From positions 283 to 64,282 of the forward strand of contig DAOQMM010000007.1 of assembly GCA_035335645.1 (NCBI GenBank): 64,000 nucleotides of DNA, read 5' to 3'. The DNA is from Rhodocyclaceae bacterium. Its GTDB lineage: Bacteria; Pseudomonadota; Gammaproteobacteria; Burkholderiales; Rhodocyclaceae. The first letter of the stretch is position 1. Each line of letters begins with the position of its first letter. Shown here one piece after another: positions 62,117 to 64,000 of this stretch. The notes beneath the pieces are model-generated. The model did not search any database and had not been told where the DNA came from. It worked only from the letters and a program-made list of their open reading frames with translations. Made by a program: the position numbers and the translations under genes.

Positions 62117-62312
62117 CTATCGGCCCGCAGCATCCCGACCAGACGTGTGGAAAGCCCGCTTCCGCGGCGGAAAGCCGCCTGCCATCCCGCGCCGCCGCTC
62201 ATCCTTGCGCGGGCCCGCAAGTCCTTGAGCAACCGCGCCCGCCAGGCCTGCTGCCCATGGCACGGAAGTTGTATGAACAATCTACGGTTCTGCTTACACT
62301 GCCCTGGTCCCG

Positions 62313-64000
62313 ATGCCGCCCACCGTCGCTCCACCCGTGCCCCCGACCCGACCGCCCGCGGCCACCTCTCCTGGCAAGGACGCACGCCCCCGCACACCCA
62401 CCCCGGCCGTCGGCAGCGCCCTGCCCGCCCGCCGCCTCGCCCTGTGTGCCTGCCTGGGGCTGGGCGCCGCCATCGCCCACGCCGACGGCGTGCAGACCCT
62501 CGACGTGGTGGAAGTCACCGCCAGCGCCACCGACCTGGTCGGCGTGGCGGGCGCCGCCAGCGAAGGCACGGTCACGGCAAAACACCTGGCCAACCGCCCC
62601 CTGCTGCGCCCCGCCGAGGTGCTGGAGGCCGTCCCCGGCCTGGTCATCTCCCAGCACAGCGGCGACGGCAAGGCCAACCAGTACTACCTGCGCGGCTTCA
62701 ACCTGGACCACGGCACCGACTTCGCCACCACCCTGCTGGGCATGCCCATCAACCTGCCCACCCACGCCCACGGCCAGGGCTATTCCGACCTCCAGTTCCT
62801 GATCCCCGAACTCGTGGACACGGTGCGCTACCGCAAAGGCCCCTACGCCGCCGACGTGGGCGACTTCGGCTCCGCCGGTTCCGCCGCCATCGACTACGTC
62901 CGCCGCCTGCCACAGGCCTTCGTCGAACTCACCGCCGGGTCCTACGGCTACCGCCGCGGCCTCGTCGCCGGCTCGCCCGCGGTGGCCGACGGCCACCTGC
63001 TGGCCGCCTTCGAATGGACCGGCCACGACGGCCCCTGGGCCGTCCCGGAAGATCTGCGCAAGCTCAACGGCCTGCTCCGCTACAGCGACGGCACCCGCAG
63101 CAACGGCTGGTCCGCCACCGCCCTGGCCTACTCCGCCCGCTGGAACGCCACCGACCAGGTCCCCTTGCGCGCCGTGCAGTCCGGCCTCATCGGCCGCTAC
63201 GGCAGCCTCGACCCCACAGATGGCGGCACCACCCAGCGCACCAGCCTGTCCGTCGAAGCCTCGCGCCAGGACGCCGATGGCTGGCTGCGCGGCAACGCCT
63301 ACCTCATCGACTACCGCCTCCAGCTGTGGTCCAACTTCACCTCCTGCACCCTCGGCTGCGCCCCCGGCCCCGGCGACCAGTTCGAACAGGAAGACCGGCG
63401 CAGGATCGGCGGCTTCAACCTCGCCCACACCTGGTACCTCAACAGCCTCGCCCGCGGCGCCGACTTCACCCTGGGCGTGCAGAGCCGCGTCGACGACATC
63501 GGCCGCGTCGGCCTCTATACCACCACCGCCCGCCAGCGCTGGGGCAGCATCGCCCGCGACAGCGTCCGGCAAGGCAGCCTCGGCCTCTACGGCGAAGCCA
63601 CCGTCCAGTGGCTCGAAAAACTCCGCAGCGTCGCCGGCCTGCGGGCCGACCGCTACCGCTTCGACGTCACCGCCGACACCCCGGCCAATTCCGGCCAGGT
63701 GGACGCCGCCCTCGCCAGCCCCAAGCTGGCCCTCATCCTCGGTCCCTGGGCCCGTACCGAGGTCTATCTCAACTTCGGCCACGGCTTCCACAGCAACGAC
63801 GCCCGCGGCATCACCCTCACCACCCAGCCGGACTTCCGCGACCCCGCCTTCGGCACGCCCGCCCACGCCTCCACCCCCCTGGTGCGCACAAAGGGCAGCG
63901 AAATCGGCGTGCGCAGCGCCCTCCTCCCCGGCCTGCACAGCAGCCTCGCCCTGTGGCAGCTCGACATCGCCTCCGAGCTCGTCTTCACCGGCGACGCCGG
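62313..64000 (+). CDS. TonB-dependent receptor (partial, runs off window end)
   Basis: Signal peptide, TLDVVEVTA TonB box, EVLEAVPGL...QHSGDGKANQYYLRGFNLDHGTDF plug motif; absent from ORF track because it has no stop in the window. Confidence 0.9.
   Translation, partial: MPPTVAPPVPPTRPPAATSPGKDARPRTPTPAVGSALPARRLALCACLGLGAAIAHADGVQTLDVVEVTASATDLVGVAGAASEGTVTAKHLANRPLLRPAEVLEAVPGLVISQHSGDGKANQYYLRGFNLDHGTDFATTLLGMPINLPTHAHGQGYSDLQFLIPELVDTVRYRKGPYAADVGDFGSAGSAAIDYVRRLPQAFVELTAGSYGYRRGLVAGSPAVADGHLLAAFEWTGHDGPWAVPEDLRKLNGLLRYSDGTRSNGWSATALAYSARWNATDQVPLRAVQSGLIGRYGSLDPTDGGTTQRTSLSVEASRQDADGWLRGNAYLIDYRLQLWSNFTSCTLGCAPGPGDQFEQEDRRRIGGFNLAHTWYLNSLARGADFTLGVQSRVDDIGRVGLYTTTARQRWGSIARDSVRQGSLGLYGEATVQWLEKLRSVAGLRADRYRFDVTADTPANSGQVDAALASPKLALILGPWARTEVYLNFGHGFHSNDARGITLTTQPDFRDPAFGTPAHASTPLVRTKGSEIGVRSALLPGLHSSLALWQLDIASELVFTGDA

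Overview
A very GC-rich (judged by eye, not computed) bacterial chromosomal window. Gene content (phasin, tandem PhoA, KdpFABC-DE, TPAT-type TRAP) suggests a Betaproteobacterium, possibly Rhodocyclaceae; this is inference. In order: the 3' end of a large Ig/cadherin-repeat secreted protein, followed by HlyD-like and M50-peptidase/HlyD export genes. Then an antiporter/OmpA-like/IHF-beta operon, MarR and a Pal paralogue, a molybdenum storage protein pair (mosB-mosA), c-di-GMP-type signalling genes, clpB with a sigma32 promoter, and a phasin. Next come an uncharacterised pair (a large DUF47/PhoU-like protein plus a PPDK lacking its pyruvate-binding domain) and a ~16 kb phosphate-scavenging region (phoD, glpQ, pstSCAB, two phoA, several Pho-box-like repeats, a TPAT transporter). 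The window ends with a kdp operon carrying an inserted Rap1a-like gene, an ECF sigma/anti-sigma/signal peptidase operon, katG and a partial TonB-dependent receptor. No rRNA, tRNA, CRISPR array or intact mobile element was recognised. All family calls are from motif recognition and memory, with no database search. The best candidate for an undescribed system is the DUF47-like plus truncated-PPDK module (28616-32186).
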